A DNA stretch of 64,000 nt from Sphagnum compactum (taxonomy: Eukaryota), in assembly GCA_965153455.1 (NCBI GenBank), contig OZ234494.1, forward strand, positions 12,834,001 to 12,898,000. The letters are read 5' to 3'. Shown one piece after another: positions 49,137 to 63,723 of this stretch. A model generated the notes under the pieces. It worked only from the letters and a program-made list of their open reading frames with translations, did not search any database and was not told where the DNA came from. A program made the position numbers and the translations under genes. The first letter of the stretch is position 1. Every line of letters begins with the position of its first letter.

Positions 49137-52049
49137 TATGTTTATTATTGCACAAACTTTTACAACACTTTTAATTTTCAGAAAACGTGGAATTATTTTC
49201 ATGTCAGGACTAAAGCACCCCATGATCAACAATAAATAAATAAATATATATATATATATATATAGACATAGACCGCAAAGTCATAATGGAAAATGAAAAA
49301 ATCCCATCTATGACACTTCTTCCCCATTATTCATTCATGTGTGAGTGATCATGTCTATATTGAAATCCAATCAACATTTGTATATAGTACTACTAGTGGG
49401 GGCTCTTGTGCTGTTGGCCAAAGTATATAAAAACCTCGTCTAAGGTCACCCCATTGCAATACTATTCTGATAAAAAAAAGGGGCTTAACATCAGAGTTCT
49501 TTGTGAAAAAATCTTTTTTTTTAATTTTTAAAATTAATTTTCAGAGAGAAAAAATCACTTTAAATTCAATAACTTTTTATTCTTGGCTGGTTTGAAAATT
49601 GCAGAACAACAACAACAACAAATCTATCTTGTCAAGAGATTTTTGGTGGTACCAAAAGCCGAGTGGTGGGGGGCCCTCTTGTGATGTACCCACACTGGCA
49701 ATCATCCACAAGAGGAATTAGCCAACTGTTTTCCCTCAAATTTATTGAGGCACATTTTTTTGGGCACAAAAAAATTCTGGTGATTTTTTGGGCACATTTT
49801 TTTCACAAAAAAAATCCTTTGCATGGGTCACACTGGATTTATTTTTCTTTTGTTGCCAAGTGGTGAAAATTCCACCCCAATTTTTTTTAATTAAAAAAAC
49901 AAAACTAAAACTGCTGGTTCATGTGCAGAACAACAAATTTGGCATCTTGTAAAAATCAGTTTTTACCTATGTGTAAACTTGACAGTAGCAGAGAGCAACA
50001 TTTTTCCATTTCTCTCTGCCAAAATTGCCATCAAATTCTTTTGCTTTCCAAATGCTACTGTCATTCTTTTTGGCTAAAAATTAAAAAATTAAATAAATAT
50101 TTTTATAAAAAATATTTAAAAAACCTCCTTCCAAGAAATCACTCCTACTTGTGGCTGGTTCCAAGGTTCTCTGGGCTGGCTTGAGTCCAATTTCCAATAC
50201 CCAATTGGGTTCCAGCTTCTGGACTGGTTCTACTCCAAAAACTATCTCGGTCATATTTGTAATTTGGTATTGTATAATTTTTCGATCATATGATTGTGTG
50301 TGCAACTAACTAACGTGCAACTAAATGTGTTATAAAAATAACAACCTAAACTTATACATATTTAAATTATTATACTTAATATATCTACATAGGCTATGTA
50401 TAATAATATTATGTGCCTCAGAATCCCATGGACCAAGATCCTGCATCCACCCTCCTACGACAATGAAACCTGAACTGGATTGTGCAGCTAGCTAGCCTCG
50501 GTTCTAGAACCATAAGCTGAACCAGAACAAAGTCACAGTTCATCTTTGCATACCTGAATTGGACCACACAACCAAAGAAAAAAGCAATAAGAGAATGATT
50601 AGAGGCACATGAAGGTGTAAGAAGGTGAGGTATGGTTGTGTGCAAGAGGTGAGAGAGACAATGATGGGGGCCAAGAGTGGTGGTTGAAAGCTATGTGGAT
50701 GGGACATGAATGAAGCCATGATTGCAATCCAGCAACTTTGCACATCAAACTAGTCACTAGATTTAATGTATTGTGTTGCAAAGTGGGTGTACTGAAACCT
50801 GAACTGGATTGTGGATGGTACAAGTCTCTTTCTAGAACCACTAACTGAACTAGAGCATGTCACTCCTACTCTACTGGAAAACCTGAACTCGATTGTACAA
50901 CTAGCCTAAATCCAGAACCATTCACTGAACTGGACCCTTGGCAAATTCTTTCTCAGCACAGGTCCCAATTTTCTTAGCACCTAGCTAATACTTTGCAGAA
51001 AAGAAAGGAGTTAGGTTGTAGTTAAGAGTCAGATGGCAACTTTCTGATCGGTTGCACAACATTGGTATGCACAATCTCTGTTCTCAGGCTAAAATATTAT
51101 AAGCAAAAAAGCATTACCAAGTTGAATTTTTTTCTCGAAGCACTAAAATTGAAGGTTTGGGAATTTGAAGAAGAACCTTGCCTAGAACCATATGGCATCA
51201 AATTAAAACTTCACCCAAACTGGAACCAAAGGTTTCTCTTCAAAGCCAAGAACCAAACAGCACTGGTCCATAACTCTCCTTACTTCACAACCCAAACCAG
51301 AACCAAAGGTTCACTTCAAAGCCAAGAACCTAACAACACTCATCCATAACTCTATTTTACTCCAATTTTATTCAGGAGAAGGAGAAAAGGTTTGTGGCCG
51401 TTGTTGATCTCAACAGATCCGGTTTCCCTGCACCTATGCTCTTTTCTTAACAGCAATCTGACAAGGGCTGACATCCCATGCTTTTTGTGGAGAGAAGGGA
51501 GAAGGGGAAAAAAGGAGTTGGTGGCAAGTGCCAGACAAATCACATGACTCTGTCAACAAATCATAATAATTCCTCAATATGGATTCAAATGAAGAGGTGT
51601 TCCATATATCTCACCAAAGTCAAATGGATAGGTACTCTTGTCAGTATGGTTAGAGAAGATTGTGAAAGAGTAAACATATACATGGGTGGAAAAATTGTGT
51701 AACCTGAAGTTGTCTTGCAATATCTTCATCACATTCACCTCTTGAGTCATGCCTGCACTCAGGTTGCCATGTAGGTACTTTTAGAACCAAAAGCTATGGA
51801 CCTCCTAAGATCTTAAGAACTATTTGCATGATCCCAGGCTATGACTTGAAGGAGGAAGACAAAGAAACAGCTGCGGTTTTCAAACCATTCATCGAGTGGT
51901 TTGCGGGTTTGCAAGATTGTTTGAAACAGAAACAAAATTTTGTTGTTGTGAGTAAAGTTTTTTATTGAGAGTTTTGGAATTTGCCCATTGCGATGCCGTC
52001 CTAGTGCAAACATTGAACTCAAATCATTTTTTTTTCTCGCGTACTTACC

Positions 52050-54970
52050 CATTAAAAAAACATTTGCCCATCTACCCACCTCACCCACCCAAGCTACCTA
52101 CCTATCACATCCATCAACCTAACTACACTTCGTCAATCTATCTTTATTTGCCAACCCTACTATCACCTCGCCCATTAATGGTTAAACTTTTATTTCTTGG
52201 TGAAACTTATAATTCTTCTTGGTTAAACCTTTACTTTTTGGAAAAACCATTTTAGTCCTTGGTTAAACCTTTACTTTTCAGCAAAACCTTTATATCTTTT
52301 TGGTTAAACCTTTACTTTTCAATGAAACCTTTATATCTTCTTGGCAAAACTTCCCTTTTTTTGGCTAAAATTTTACAACTTGGCAAAACCTTTTTACTCC
52401 TTAGCTAGACTTTACTTTTCAACAAAACCTTTGCATCTTATTGGTTAAACTTTAATCGTTTGGCAAAACCTATATATCTTCTTAGTTAAACCTCTATTTC
52501 TCGGCAAAACCTACGTATTTTTTGGCAAAACCTATTTGTTTTTTTGGCAAAATCTTTTTTTTTTACTAAACTTTTATTTCTCAAAAAAACCTCTCTTTTT
52601 TTTGGCTAAACCTTTACTTATCAACAAAACCTTTAAATTTTTTTGGTTAAATTTTTACCCTTCAGCAATATTTTTGTCTCTTTTAGGCTAAACCTCTACC
52701 ACTTGGCAAAACCTTTATTTTTTCTTAGTTAAACTTTTGTCCCTTGGTAAAACCTATTTTTTTCTTGGCTAAATTTCTACCTCTTGGCAAAATATTTATT
52801 TTTCTTAATTAAACTTTTACATTTTGGCAAATTTTTTTTGTTTATTAACAAGACTTTTATTTATTTATGGGTAAATCTCTACCTTTCGATAAAACCTTTT
52901 TGTTTATTGGCTAAACCTTTTCTCTTGGCAAAACCAAGCCATGAATGCTTCCATTTTGAACAACTCACAAACATAGCAAAGACATAATGAAAAATAATAA
53001 TTGATTGAACACAAAACAAAGACAAAGCTGAGTGAGATTGATTTCAAAGTGAAGTGCAATGCTTCAAAGAGGTTCATTGACCTTTATTGGTAAAATTAAC
53101 CTTTGACAAATTGTTACACGTCATTGGCATACTCATGTGGGGGGTGGGGTTTATCCCATGTAATACCTTCTCACGAATTGAGAAGGATGATAATCTTGTC
53201 GAAACAATTTAAGTGAGTAAGGTTGGTTATGCAAAACATTTTAGGTTCACATGGTATGCTCAGAATTGGAACTCTAAACTACCAAGTCCAATCAAGAGAA
53301 GGAAATGCAAACCATGTACAAGTATTATGAATAAAAAATGATTTACGACTGAAAAGTTAAGTAATTCATTTTTTTCAACATTGTTTTTCCATCATGCATT
53401 TGAATCATGACATTAATGTTTTTTTCATTAGGCTTCAAGATACCACAAAATAGGCATTTGTGGTAGATGTGATTTGATTCACATTTCAACATTGATAACT
53501 TGTCACCCATCATCATGTAGCAAGGTTGTAAAAGTTACAACAAATTATCGAAAAAACATGGGCATTTTTTTATTACTATTCCTTAAACAAATATGCACCT
53601 TAGATGATAGTGTTAGGCCACTGTAGCCTAGCTTAAAATGGGAAATTTTTGTATCTCAACAAAAAAATTTATACCATGTTCACTTTGTATACAATTTTGT
53701 AACTTTTCACAAATTTTTATTTTCCCAATTTGCAATATGTTTGCCCTATCACCCTATGTCAAATTCCACATGCATGCTTCAATACATTATAAATGGGTTA
53801 AATTAAAACAAAATTGATAAACAATGTTTTCATCTTTATCTGCAAACATCAATTGCGGGCATGCTTTTTTTCTCAATCCCCAATTTTAAATACCCACATT
53901 GTTTAAAGTTTGCAATCACTATTAGGGTGGTCACAAATGTCAATCCGTCATTATTTTTGTAATGTAATACTACCTCTTCACAATACTTGTATAAAAATGT
54001 ATGGTGTAATGTCACCAAAATCCCCCCCTTGATTTAATAGGATTTGATTGTGCAAGTATTGCAAAAAGTTGTTCCCTTGTCATCTAAGATTATTTAGGTG
54101 CATTTTTCACCAAATGTAACACTTGCATCTAATGGACCAAATGCAATAAGAAATATTTAAATTATAATTATAAATGAAAATAAAAAGCTTAATAATGTAA
54201 TAAATTGTCATAATGTTTTTTGAACATGCAATTGTGATTTTTGGATAGAAGCATGTGCAAAGGCAATGATGTTGTTCTATACAAAGAACACAAAGGTTTT
54301 TGTTGAAAGGACAATGCATTCATATTCCTTTTTGAACAAATAAAATAAACTAAATTTATTTTAAGGTTAGAAAAAGATATATAAATTTGTTGCGTTGAAT
54401 TGCTTGAGATTAATTTGTTTATACCAATTTAAATCACTAGAAGAAAAGTTTCAATTTGGGATTATAATTTGTAACTAAAAATAAGCTACTTTCAACATGC
54501 ACAATTTAAAATCCATTAGTTACATAAGTGAAGTCGCATGTAACATTTAGAAACAAATGATGATTTAGCATGATGTCATCACATTTGACATGGATGATGT
54601 ATACAGTTAACATATACACCCTCATTCATTGACAATTCATTTAAGGTTTACAAATAGGCACCATTATTTACAATTATGTTATAACCCATTACAAAACGCC
54701 ACATGGCAACATAATTATTTTTCTTTTATTTGTGTTTTTAAAATACATAATGGATATTCATCATCTATTTTGGATGGTGTCAAATCACGCCACATGGCAC
54801 AATAAAATTTGCCACGTAACATGTTATTTGAAGTTTGGCCAAAATAAAATTAAATCAATATTTAGGCATGAAAATAGGTAGGAAAGTAAATAAGCAAAAA
54901 AGAAGGTAGGTAGGACTAAATAGGTAGGTGGGTAGGTAATTTAAGAGGTAGATATGTAAATATTTTTATT
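52050..54970. mobile_element. Degenerate TIR/fold-back element with a subterminal tandem array (52180-52935; GGTTAAACCTTTA / GGCAAAACCT ~20-bp motifs)
   Basis: The left end is rich in CTACC(C/T)ACC and the right end is rich in the complementary GGTAGGTAGG/GGTGGGTAGG. About 35 degenerate short motifs make up the array. Confidence 0.5.
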
Positions 54971-57900
54971 TTATTTTAGGTTTAGCCTTTAGGTTAAGCC
55001 TCTTTGATTGGCTCATCCCAAATTACACATGTTTTAAATATCAAAATGTAAGGCAAAACATTTTCTTTATATACATTTACAATATAGAAAGGAAGGACAA
55101 AACATATGGGATAAATTTTTTAGTTGCAACTTAGTTTGTGAATAAGTTGTAACAAAAAAATTTATCCCATATCCTTTGTCTTCTTTTTCAATTTTGTAAA
55201 TTATGTATAACATGAAATTAATTAACTAGGATTAATTGATTAACTAAACACTAATTAATTACTTACCCACTTACCAACCTACCTACTATTTATTACTACT
55301 TATTAATAAGGTAAAATAAATAATAATACAAACTATTTAAATTATTAAAAATAGTAAACGTAATTAATTAATTAAAATTTAGGAAAAATAATCATTACAT
55401 TATTATTCATTAATAATAAATGATATTATTACTAATTATTTTTTAATTTCCATTTATAATAACCTAGTTTATGCTACTATTAATCTTTAAATAAATTATT
55501 AAGTAGCTATATTAATTATTAACTATGTAATTAACCAAGCATTATTACGAACTGTTCATGGACTAGGAAAAGGGTTCGTCTTTTTAAATTTTCTTAGAAA
55601 ATGGATTTTTGAGTGTCTTTTGTATTGTTTTGTAATAAGTCTTATTTAACATCAAGTTATATTGCAATTTTCACCTATATCCCAAGAGTTTAACAAGGCT
55701 TGTTTTGAGGGGATTCAATGAAGAAGCTAAAATAGGCTTCAATAGTTCATCATTATTAGTATATAAAAAAAGATGAAATTGTGAATGAGAAACCAAATGA
55801 AGGAAAAATTATACATATCCTCATTGCCTTCTTTTTTGTCATGGGTTTCATTTGGTTTAGGGTTGAAAAAGATGTTTCATAATGTCTACCATAGTGGAAG
55901 GGTTTTGACTACCATACAATGATGATCTTGTCAAGGGTGGAAGGGATTTGAAGTGTGTGAAGCTCAAGCAAGCCTTCTATTTTGAACATGTTCTTGATTT
56001 GAAATTTACTATTGATTTGGTTGTACAAGTGAACTAACATAAATAACATTAGCTTGAAAGTGGTTGTTTTATGAAGTTTACTAAATTTAAGTAAATATTT
56101 CATTTCATTTGTCATGTCATTAGGTTGGTGAACAAGAAACATTGGTGATATGGAAAAAGATGGATTTTACCAATTTATTCAAAAGACATACCCTATCCAC
56201 TTAACAATGATGGTAATGGTGCTTTATGTAGTAGGAGTTCCATACATTGTAGTAGGAGGAGCCCCATATGATATAGGGCTCCTCCTATTACATATGGTTT
56301 GTCTCTAACAAAATGGATTATATCATATGATCAAGGGTGCAAGTGTAATTATTACAACATGTCGTACATTACACATTGTTTTAGCATTTGATTGTTTCGA
56401 TTTAACAAACTATTTTTTTTTCAAGGCTTCATTTTAAGTATTTGTATTTAGGGAAAAGTTTGCAATTTCCATTATAATGATGTTTTGGTATTGTTAGTTG
56501 TTGCTACTAAATAAGTTGAGAAAAGGAGTCAAACATTTATGGGAAATTGATAATTTGGTGTCTTATGTAAAAGGGACAACATGTTCAAGTAGTAAATCTT
56601 AATTTTTTTGTAGTGCTTTATGAATGTCTATTTAGACTTGGAGTTGATGTATGTCACGAGATGGCTAATGGGTGTGACATTCAATTGGGTATGGTATTAT
56701 GCATGTTGTGCAAATATTGTGGTATACCTTATCATGGTTTGTGAACTTAACATCTCATGTTGGGGTACACAAGTGTGTAGTGTAAGAAACTTGTTTATAA
56801 ATGAGTAGTGAGTGTTGATTGTTATATTTTGTAGGTCACATATACTTATTAGTGAAGTTTTCATTTGTGTGTGGTTGAAGATGATTTGTCTTATTTTTCC
56901 AAACCCAAAAACAAAACATTGTTTCCATATCCAACAAGATGTTTGGGTTGTTTACAAACAACTTTGGGTTTTATGTCATTGCAAAAGATGAAGTATTTTT
57001 AGCTTTGGCTTTTGTCAATTATCATAATTTGTTAATAGTTTTTTCAATATTTTGGTCTCCATGGATTTTGTAGTTTTGTGAGGGCTTAGATTTGTGTGCA
57101 TATGTTGGGAGTATTTTTAAATACAATTTGTATCATTTGGGCTTTGGCATAGATATCATATGTCGTTGAGACCAATGAATTATTTGATAAACAATGTTGG
57201 TTTTATAAGCTATTGCAATGACAACATGTGCTCATGGTTAAGTCATGGTTGTGTAAGTTGAAATGGTCAACTTCTATTAATGGGATTGACAATGTCATAT
57301 TTGATAGTTTTTGCACTAAGGAGGGATCAATTCCTTAAACAATTAATTCAAAGATCTATTCATTTTAATACCAAGGCATGTGAAGTCAGAAAATAACTAC
57401 ATCAATTGAGTTTCCAATTTCATCCTAGTGCAAACATTCATGTTTTTGAGTATCACATGTGGCATTTTATAATGTTATTTTTGTTTGCCTTCATGATCTT
57501 ATTTTTTAATTTCTTTTTTTTCATTTTTGTGCCTAAAATTAAGGGCACTCCTTTCAAGGAGTGGAGGCAATGTGAGAAACACAAGTTAAAATACAATGTT
57601 GGTAGCCATTTATGGGCAAGCTAATTTACAATAATATTCCAAAGTTTTTATAAATTAATGTGTTCATCAATAGTTGTCATCGCATTGTTAATTTAAATAT
57701 CGATGTATGCTTTAACATTTATGTATCAAGTAAAGAGGGATTTGCAGCTTTATTATGCATGATCTTGATATGTGCGGGTTGGTTTGATTGAATTGGGAAT
57801 TGTAACAATAATGCTTGATTCTGGGACTCCGATTTGTTTTTAAAAAATAACATGCAAGGTAGTCGAAAGGAATTCTTCAATGGCTCATAAATAATATTTA

Positions 57901-58555
57901 TACTTTTTCATTAGGGTTCTTTTAAAGGCTTTTCTCTTCATAATGTAAATTTATGATTATGCCAACCAATTCATATTTAGAGTTTGACCATGAAGACTTG
58001 ACCATTTGTGAAAACCTAAGCCTCTATTCACAAATTGCATTTAAATGTTTGCAAAGTTTTGGAAAAATGTACTATTGTTTACAATCAACAACATGACATT
58101 GAATTTCTCAGCATTTTTAAACATCAACTATAATAGGTTCTCAAAGGAGGTTGTCACAATCGATTATAAAGTAAGTAGATTGTTGTAATATGTTGTTATA
58201 TGAGGTTAACATCTTTTCATTCCAATGCAAGATAAAGGATTACCTCAAGCTCACAAAAACAATTTAATTGCAAGGAAAACTTTATGAAAGATTTAACAAA
58301 TGAAATTGAAGCTACTAAGGAAATTGTGCCCGATCCAAACAATACGATGTATGATATATGTCTTTTATTTCCTAATGAGTTGTTGTAGTCCTATTGTGTT
58401 TAAACCACTAGTTTACATCTTGTAATTGCAATTGTAATTGTAATTGATGTTGAAACTACATGACTTGCTTGTAATCATTTTTTCACTATTACTAATATTA
58501 CTTATGTTAGATCAATTTCAATGTTTTTTTCATTCTGTTCTTTAATGTCTAATGT

Positions 58556-58620
58556 CACTACTACAAAAGGTGAGTGTAATTCACTAGTCCCTATTCATGT
58601 ACAATGTTTCACTAGGTAAG
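58556..58620. mobile_element. Truncated end of the same mini-CACTA family as 10784-10894
   Basis: CACTACTACAAAAGGTGAGTGTAATTCACTAGTCCCTATTC matches the reverse complement of the right end of the 111-bp element (CACTACTACAAAATGTGGGTGCAGTTCACTAATCCCCGTTC). Confidence 0.7.
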
Positions 58621-60838
58621 CTACCCAATATGCCATGTTGCATCCTTGTTCATATTAAGTAAATGTTAATTCACTTGCTACTATTGTGATCACTTTGAAA
58701 AACAAATTCATGTGTTGTTTCATGAATCAACATGTCCAACTTTTGTGACTATAATCTTTCTAGGGTTCTTTTGCAAAATTTCATAATACCACAACGAATA
58801 GGTTGCATTTATGTTGGTTGAAAATGTTTGTTGAACTTGTCTCATTTTTTTGTAGCACAGCAACAAGACAATCATGAATTTTTGGTTACTCCTCCAACGA
58901 TTGTAATTTTTTTTTGTTGGATGTCATTTGTAGTATTAAGTTCCATTGCATGTATGTAGTTTGGTTTTAATTGACCATTTGTAACAATCCACTCTTATTA
59001 ACATACCCTACTTAATCTTCCCAAAGGACTTAACACATTGGGCTTCATGTTTGTTATTTTCAAAACTTGTAGTGCACTAGAATTGTTATCATGTTTCTTT
59101 ATTGCATCAACAATGGGAAGCAACATATGAAGTTGGAAGTAGTTTGTGCATGTGCCTATCCTCTCCCTTTTTGTTGTTTACATCCCTAGCAAATTACTCC
59201 TCGTCGTCTTCAAGTCTATTTGATCACTTGTGGAGGTAATAATAATGTAATAGCTACAAACTTCCTTGGTCTACCAACAAAATACTTTTGTGGCTTGTTG
59301 GCAACCAATTGCTCTTGAATAATGTGTTCATTGAAAACTTGTAAATCAAGTTCCAATTTTGCTTATCTTGTATCACTTATAATGCTTTTGAACATTACTA
59401 TAACCAATAATTTCTTTACCCATTTTGGCCAGTGTAAATACAACCCAAAAAAATTTATATAAATTTTTTTTACAGTGCAACATGAAAATATTGAAAAAAT
59501 AGGTGCCATAATGCATTTTAATAAATAGATAAATAATTCAGCATTGAGGCGTCGAATCTATTTGATTATTATGATATTTCGAGAAGAACCCATATGTTTT
59601 TTCAATCCTACACAAAATGTTGAAAGCAATATTTATGACGGAATAATAAAACATTTGGATGGATGATAAAAAATACATAAACTTTCCTTAGTTAGGTTTC
59701 GATGATATCTTGTCTATATACACATAAGGGTTATAATATTAATGTATTAATATACAGAGGGTGTTGAATAGGCCTTTTTAGTAGGTGTGTGGAAAAATTG
59801 TTATAGCCAAGAAAATTGGTGGATTTGGTGGTTTGATTTTATTTTTCTCCTTAATTATCTTGAATAGTTTCAATTTGTAATATCATAGCCTAGGGTCAAT
59901 TTCCACATGGACAAAATGAATAATTAATTTTTTTTCAAAAAATAATTCGATTTTATAAATTTGACATTATTTTATAAATTTGAATGGCAAGGCCACATTG
60001 TGACACACCCCCTTGTTCTTCAATTTTATGAGGTAAGTGGACTGGCAATTCTTTACAAGAGGGTTTAGCCAAATCTGGCTACAGGTCAGAGTCCTAAATC
60101 CAAACTTTTAAAAATCCCACTATTTTGGGGCAGGGGGTGGGGGGCGGCAGGGAAAGATGGTAGCCAAATGTGTGAATATGTGTAAATATGGCGAATTGAG
60201 AACTTTCTACCTCCCAATTTTGGTAAAAATATTTGCAGCCCCTTTTGTTGTGTGTCGCCAAATGTCTAAAAGTGGCTACACAACAAACACTGCTCCAGTT
60301 ACTTTTAAGGACTTTGTGATATTAGTCAAAGTGGCAATCATCCAGAAAATAATTTAGCCAATTTTGGCTATACACTAGATATGAAAGTAGAAAAATAACA
60401 GAATCCTTTTATATTTTTGGCTACCTACTGGAACTTATCATCGAAATCTGGCGATTTGAAATTTTTTTCCTGTGAAATCTGGCGAATTTGGGCCATTTTT
60501 TCCCATGAAAATTCCTTTTTCATATTGGTCGAAATCGTATTTTTTCAGGTCGAAATTTGGCGAAAATTCGCCAGTAAAAGAAAAGCTGCGGGTCGTCTGG
60601 AGTCGCCGTAATAATTTGGGTCCTTTTTGGGATGGTAAATAGGTTTAGGGTCGTAAATCTTGGCGACGCTTTCCACGTGGATGTATATGATTGGATGTTG
60701 AAATGGGCGATATGGATTCACACTTTACAAGTGGCGTTTGGGAAGAAGAAGAAGAGCGCTTTTGTTGCGGTGCGCAGCGTCTGCGCGCTGCGTTTGCTCT
60801 CGCATGCTGCTGCAGCGCACTGGAAATCGCTTGCGAAA

Positions 60839-63723
60839 ATGGAACCTCTTCTTTCACCGGCCGGGCTCTCCATGATCCCTCGCTCCTCGTCGGAGGCTCA
60901 CTCTGCCCAACTTTTGGACGGCAATTGTCTGTATCGGAAACGGAGGAAGGCTTCTTCTTATTCCGGCATTTGTGGAGAATCCTTCTGTGTCCATCGCAAT
61001 GAATCTGTGCGGCGGCTTAGAGGGGAAGCCTGTTGTTGTTGCGCATCGGCGGCATTATTATCGAAGGAACATTGTCGATGAATGTGGTGAGAACAAGAGC
61101 AGTCGTGTGAAAAACAATGTCTCAGAGTGTGCGAGGGTGTAGGACTGAAGAGAAATCGCAGCAGCAGCAAGGATTGCCTCCTCACATCTCGGTCAGGTCT
61201 GTGTTCACGGAGCTGAAGGGGAAGGACTGTGCCTTTGGCGGTGGTGCCACTTTGGAGAAATCCAACTTGATTTGTCTCAATCCACTTCTAGGGTTTCATC
61301 TCAGGTATCCCCACTAAGAACCCTACTCCCTCCCCCCTGTTCTCATTTTCCCCTCTCTCTGTTTCCTTCTCTCTTGCTCTGCCTTTTGTGTTTTCTTCTA
61401 TTGCCACAAGGATACGGCAAACATAATTTTCAACCTTTCTGGTTGTTTGTTTATTGTTTATTTTGTTCTTGGTTGTGGCAGGTTGAAGCAGGGGGCAGTG
61501 GAGGAAACATTGGGAAAAAGAACTTCAATGGAGGTGGAGATGATGACGACTATTTTCGTGAAGATGGTGATGATGATGGTGGAGATGATGGAGGCTTGTT
61601 TGGAGGTAGATTGGCAGTTCCTGAGGTGACTTTTCCATTCTCTCTATTTGTTGTGTATTACTAAAGCAGCAGCTGTGTTATGAACTTGTCAACTTCTTAG
61701 TTTGAAGCATTTATAGCAAATAAACTGCTCCTGCAAAACATTGCAAAGGGAATTGCGTAGTTTGTTTCCATAATTTTCCACTATTACTGGTTCAGACAAT
61801 TAATGATTTGCCTGCAGGAATATGTCAAGCTGTCGAGTTGGTGATTTTTGCCTAAGGGTAGCAGTGGGTTTGAGTTGTAAGAATACTCACACGTCAGGTT
61901 CTTTTGATGAAAGTCTATGCGGAGATTTAGAGTTAGAGGTCAGGCTAATGCAAAGGCACAGTGATTGTTTCTCAATGTCTTTGGAATTTCAAAACTGTTT
62001 TAAAGATGACAACCAGAACATTGGCATGTTGAGCATGGGGCCTTATAATTCTGTACCTCTTCTTCAACTTGCTTGTTGACATGTTATGGACTTGCTTGCT
62101 TGGTGAAACAGGGACTTATAAGCTCAGAGCAGATGGTGAGATTTTTGTGACTGTTGGTCTCAAGGGCTGTATCATGAATAGTGTGTCAAGGGCTTTCATT
62201 GGTTGGTAAGTATTTTGTTCACCTTCAAAGGGCCAGTGGGCCTTTGTGACTCTGTAGGCAAGCTGCATATGTAAGCCTCACTATGCCATTGGCCTAGATG
62301 TTTGCTTGTACAAGGGACAAGCTTAAATTAATCTGAAGCTCACCTTCACAAGCTTGTTGCCGCTTGAGTGAGGTTAGTATTGACTTTTTAAATTTAGTTA
62401 TGTCTCTTCAGTGCTAGCCAACATCATGGCTGAGTCTTCCTGTTGCTTCCAAGAAATGCAACAGTAACTCAGGGCAAGGAATTTGTATCATTTTTTGCCT
62501 GAAATTTTGGGCAGATTGTCATCTTCTTATCTACACCCACTGCCAGGAGTGGATGAAGTCACTGTGGAGTCATGGCAGCTAGTGACTGCTTTTCATTGTG
62601 AAGGTGATGGTCTGATACTTTATGAGTGATGCTCATAATGTTATGACTGCACTCATTGTTATCACGCTAATTTGGTTTTTGCTGAAACTGGTTAAAGTGT
62701 TATTCTGTAGAGTTTTTGCTCTGCAATCTCATAGATTATTTGTTATTGTACTAGTTTTGATTATTTGACAAGTTTATGTTGTCCAGGCTTCTTGCAGATC
62801 CAGCATTTCTCTTTAAGCTGACACTGGAGCAAGATTACAATTCGATATGGTATATGGTGGGAGTGTCAGCACCGTGGGGAAAGGTAAGCAGAAGATCTCT
62901 TATCTGTACAGGAAAGATCTTTGATGGAAGTTATCATATCAGGAAAGGACTCATTTATTTCTTGGATTTGGCAGGATAAGAAAGAGTGGGATCTGGCAAC
63001 AGAAAATGTACTCACGGTAGCGGTCTGCAATATGGCCATTTGCTGGTCTCTGGCCCCTAGCTGATCTTATGGATCAACTGTCGAGTACAAGTTCCAAAAT
63101 ACCATTCAAAAGATTCCCATCAATGTATTTGACAAGAGCCACCCTCTCCGGGAATTCTATGTTCAAAAGAGGATCTACAGCTTCTTCTACAAAGCTGCAG
63201 AGCTCAGCCTTGTTGGCATGGTCAGTGGGATAGCAGGTGCAGGCCTTGCCAGACTCATGCCATCCTCCAGAAATTAGCAGCAATAAGCATACTCTTATAT
63301 TTCATAGGATGTCTGACCCTAAATGGTTTTCCAATTATAAGTCCCAAGAAATGAAGCTGTAAGGTCATTGTGCTTGGGCACAGTGCTGAGCATGTTACAC
63401 TACTATAGCTCTTGTAATGATTGTGAAACTGAGTTTTCTGTGTCTGATGTATTTAGCCCAGTGATGGTTTGAACTTTGAACCTTTCTGGGTGGTTTCTTT
63501 CATACTAGCTATCATACTAATTCATAACTTGTTCTGTGGTTTTGTTGGATTAAGCAGAATATCATTGCTATTACGTTCTGTGAGCACAAGTGCATTAAGT
63601 CATGGGGCCTTTCTTGGAGTATCTGGAAACCTGCAGTATCAACTGCTTAATGGAGCAGAGAGGGTCATGCAACAACACTTCAATCATCTGGGTGTTGTTT
63701 TATTTTGCTCCACAGTGCTCAGG
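60839..63723 (+). pseudogene. RETICULATA-related (DUF3411) plastid envelope protein pseudogene, intron-containing, probably continuing past the window end
   Basis: Recognisable blocks: GGATLEKSNL, a Gly/Asp-rich stretch, GLISSEQMVRFL, RLLADPAFLFKLTLEQ, EWDL..NVLT..CN...LAP, QNTIQKIPINVFDKSHPLREF..KRIYSFFYKAAEL and GAFLGVSGNLQYQLLNG. Disablements: TGA at 61079, frameshift at ~61270, TGA at 62148, frameshifts at ~62835 and ~62983, TGA at 63062. Confidence 0.85.

Noticed and set aside
55600..59450. Possible minus-strand transposase relic, including a GRPRK AT-hook-like piece near 59265
   Set aside because: It is probably TE-derived, but no diagnostic catalytic motif or termini could be read, so no family was assigned.
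62624..62656. ATGA-containing hairpin as a SECIS element explaining in-frame TGA codons in the DUF3411 gene
   Set aside because: It is intronic and lacks convincing SECIS geometry. The gene also has frameshifts, and land plants are not known to have selenocysteine machinery.
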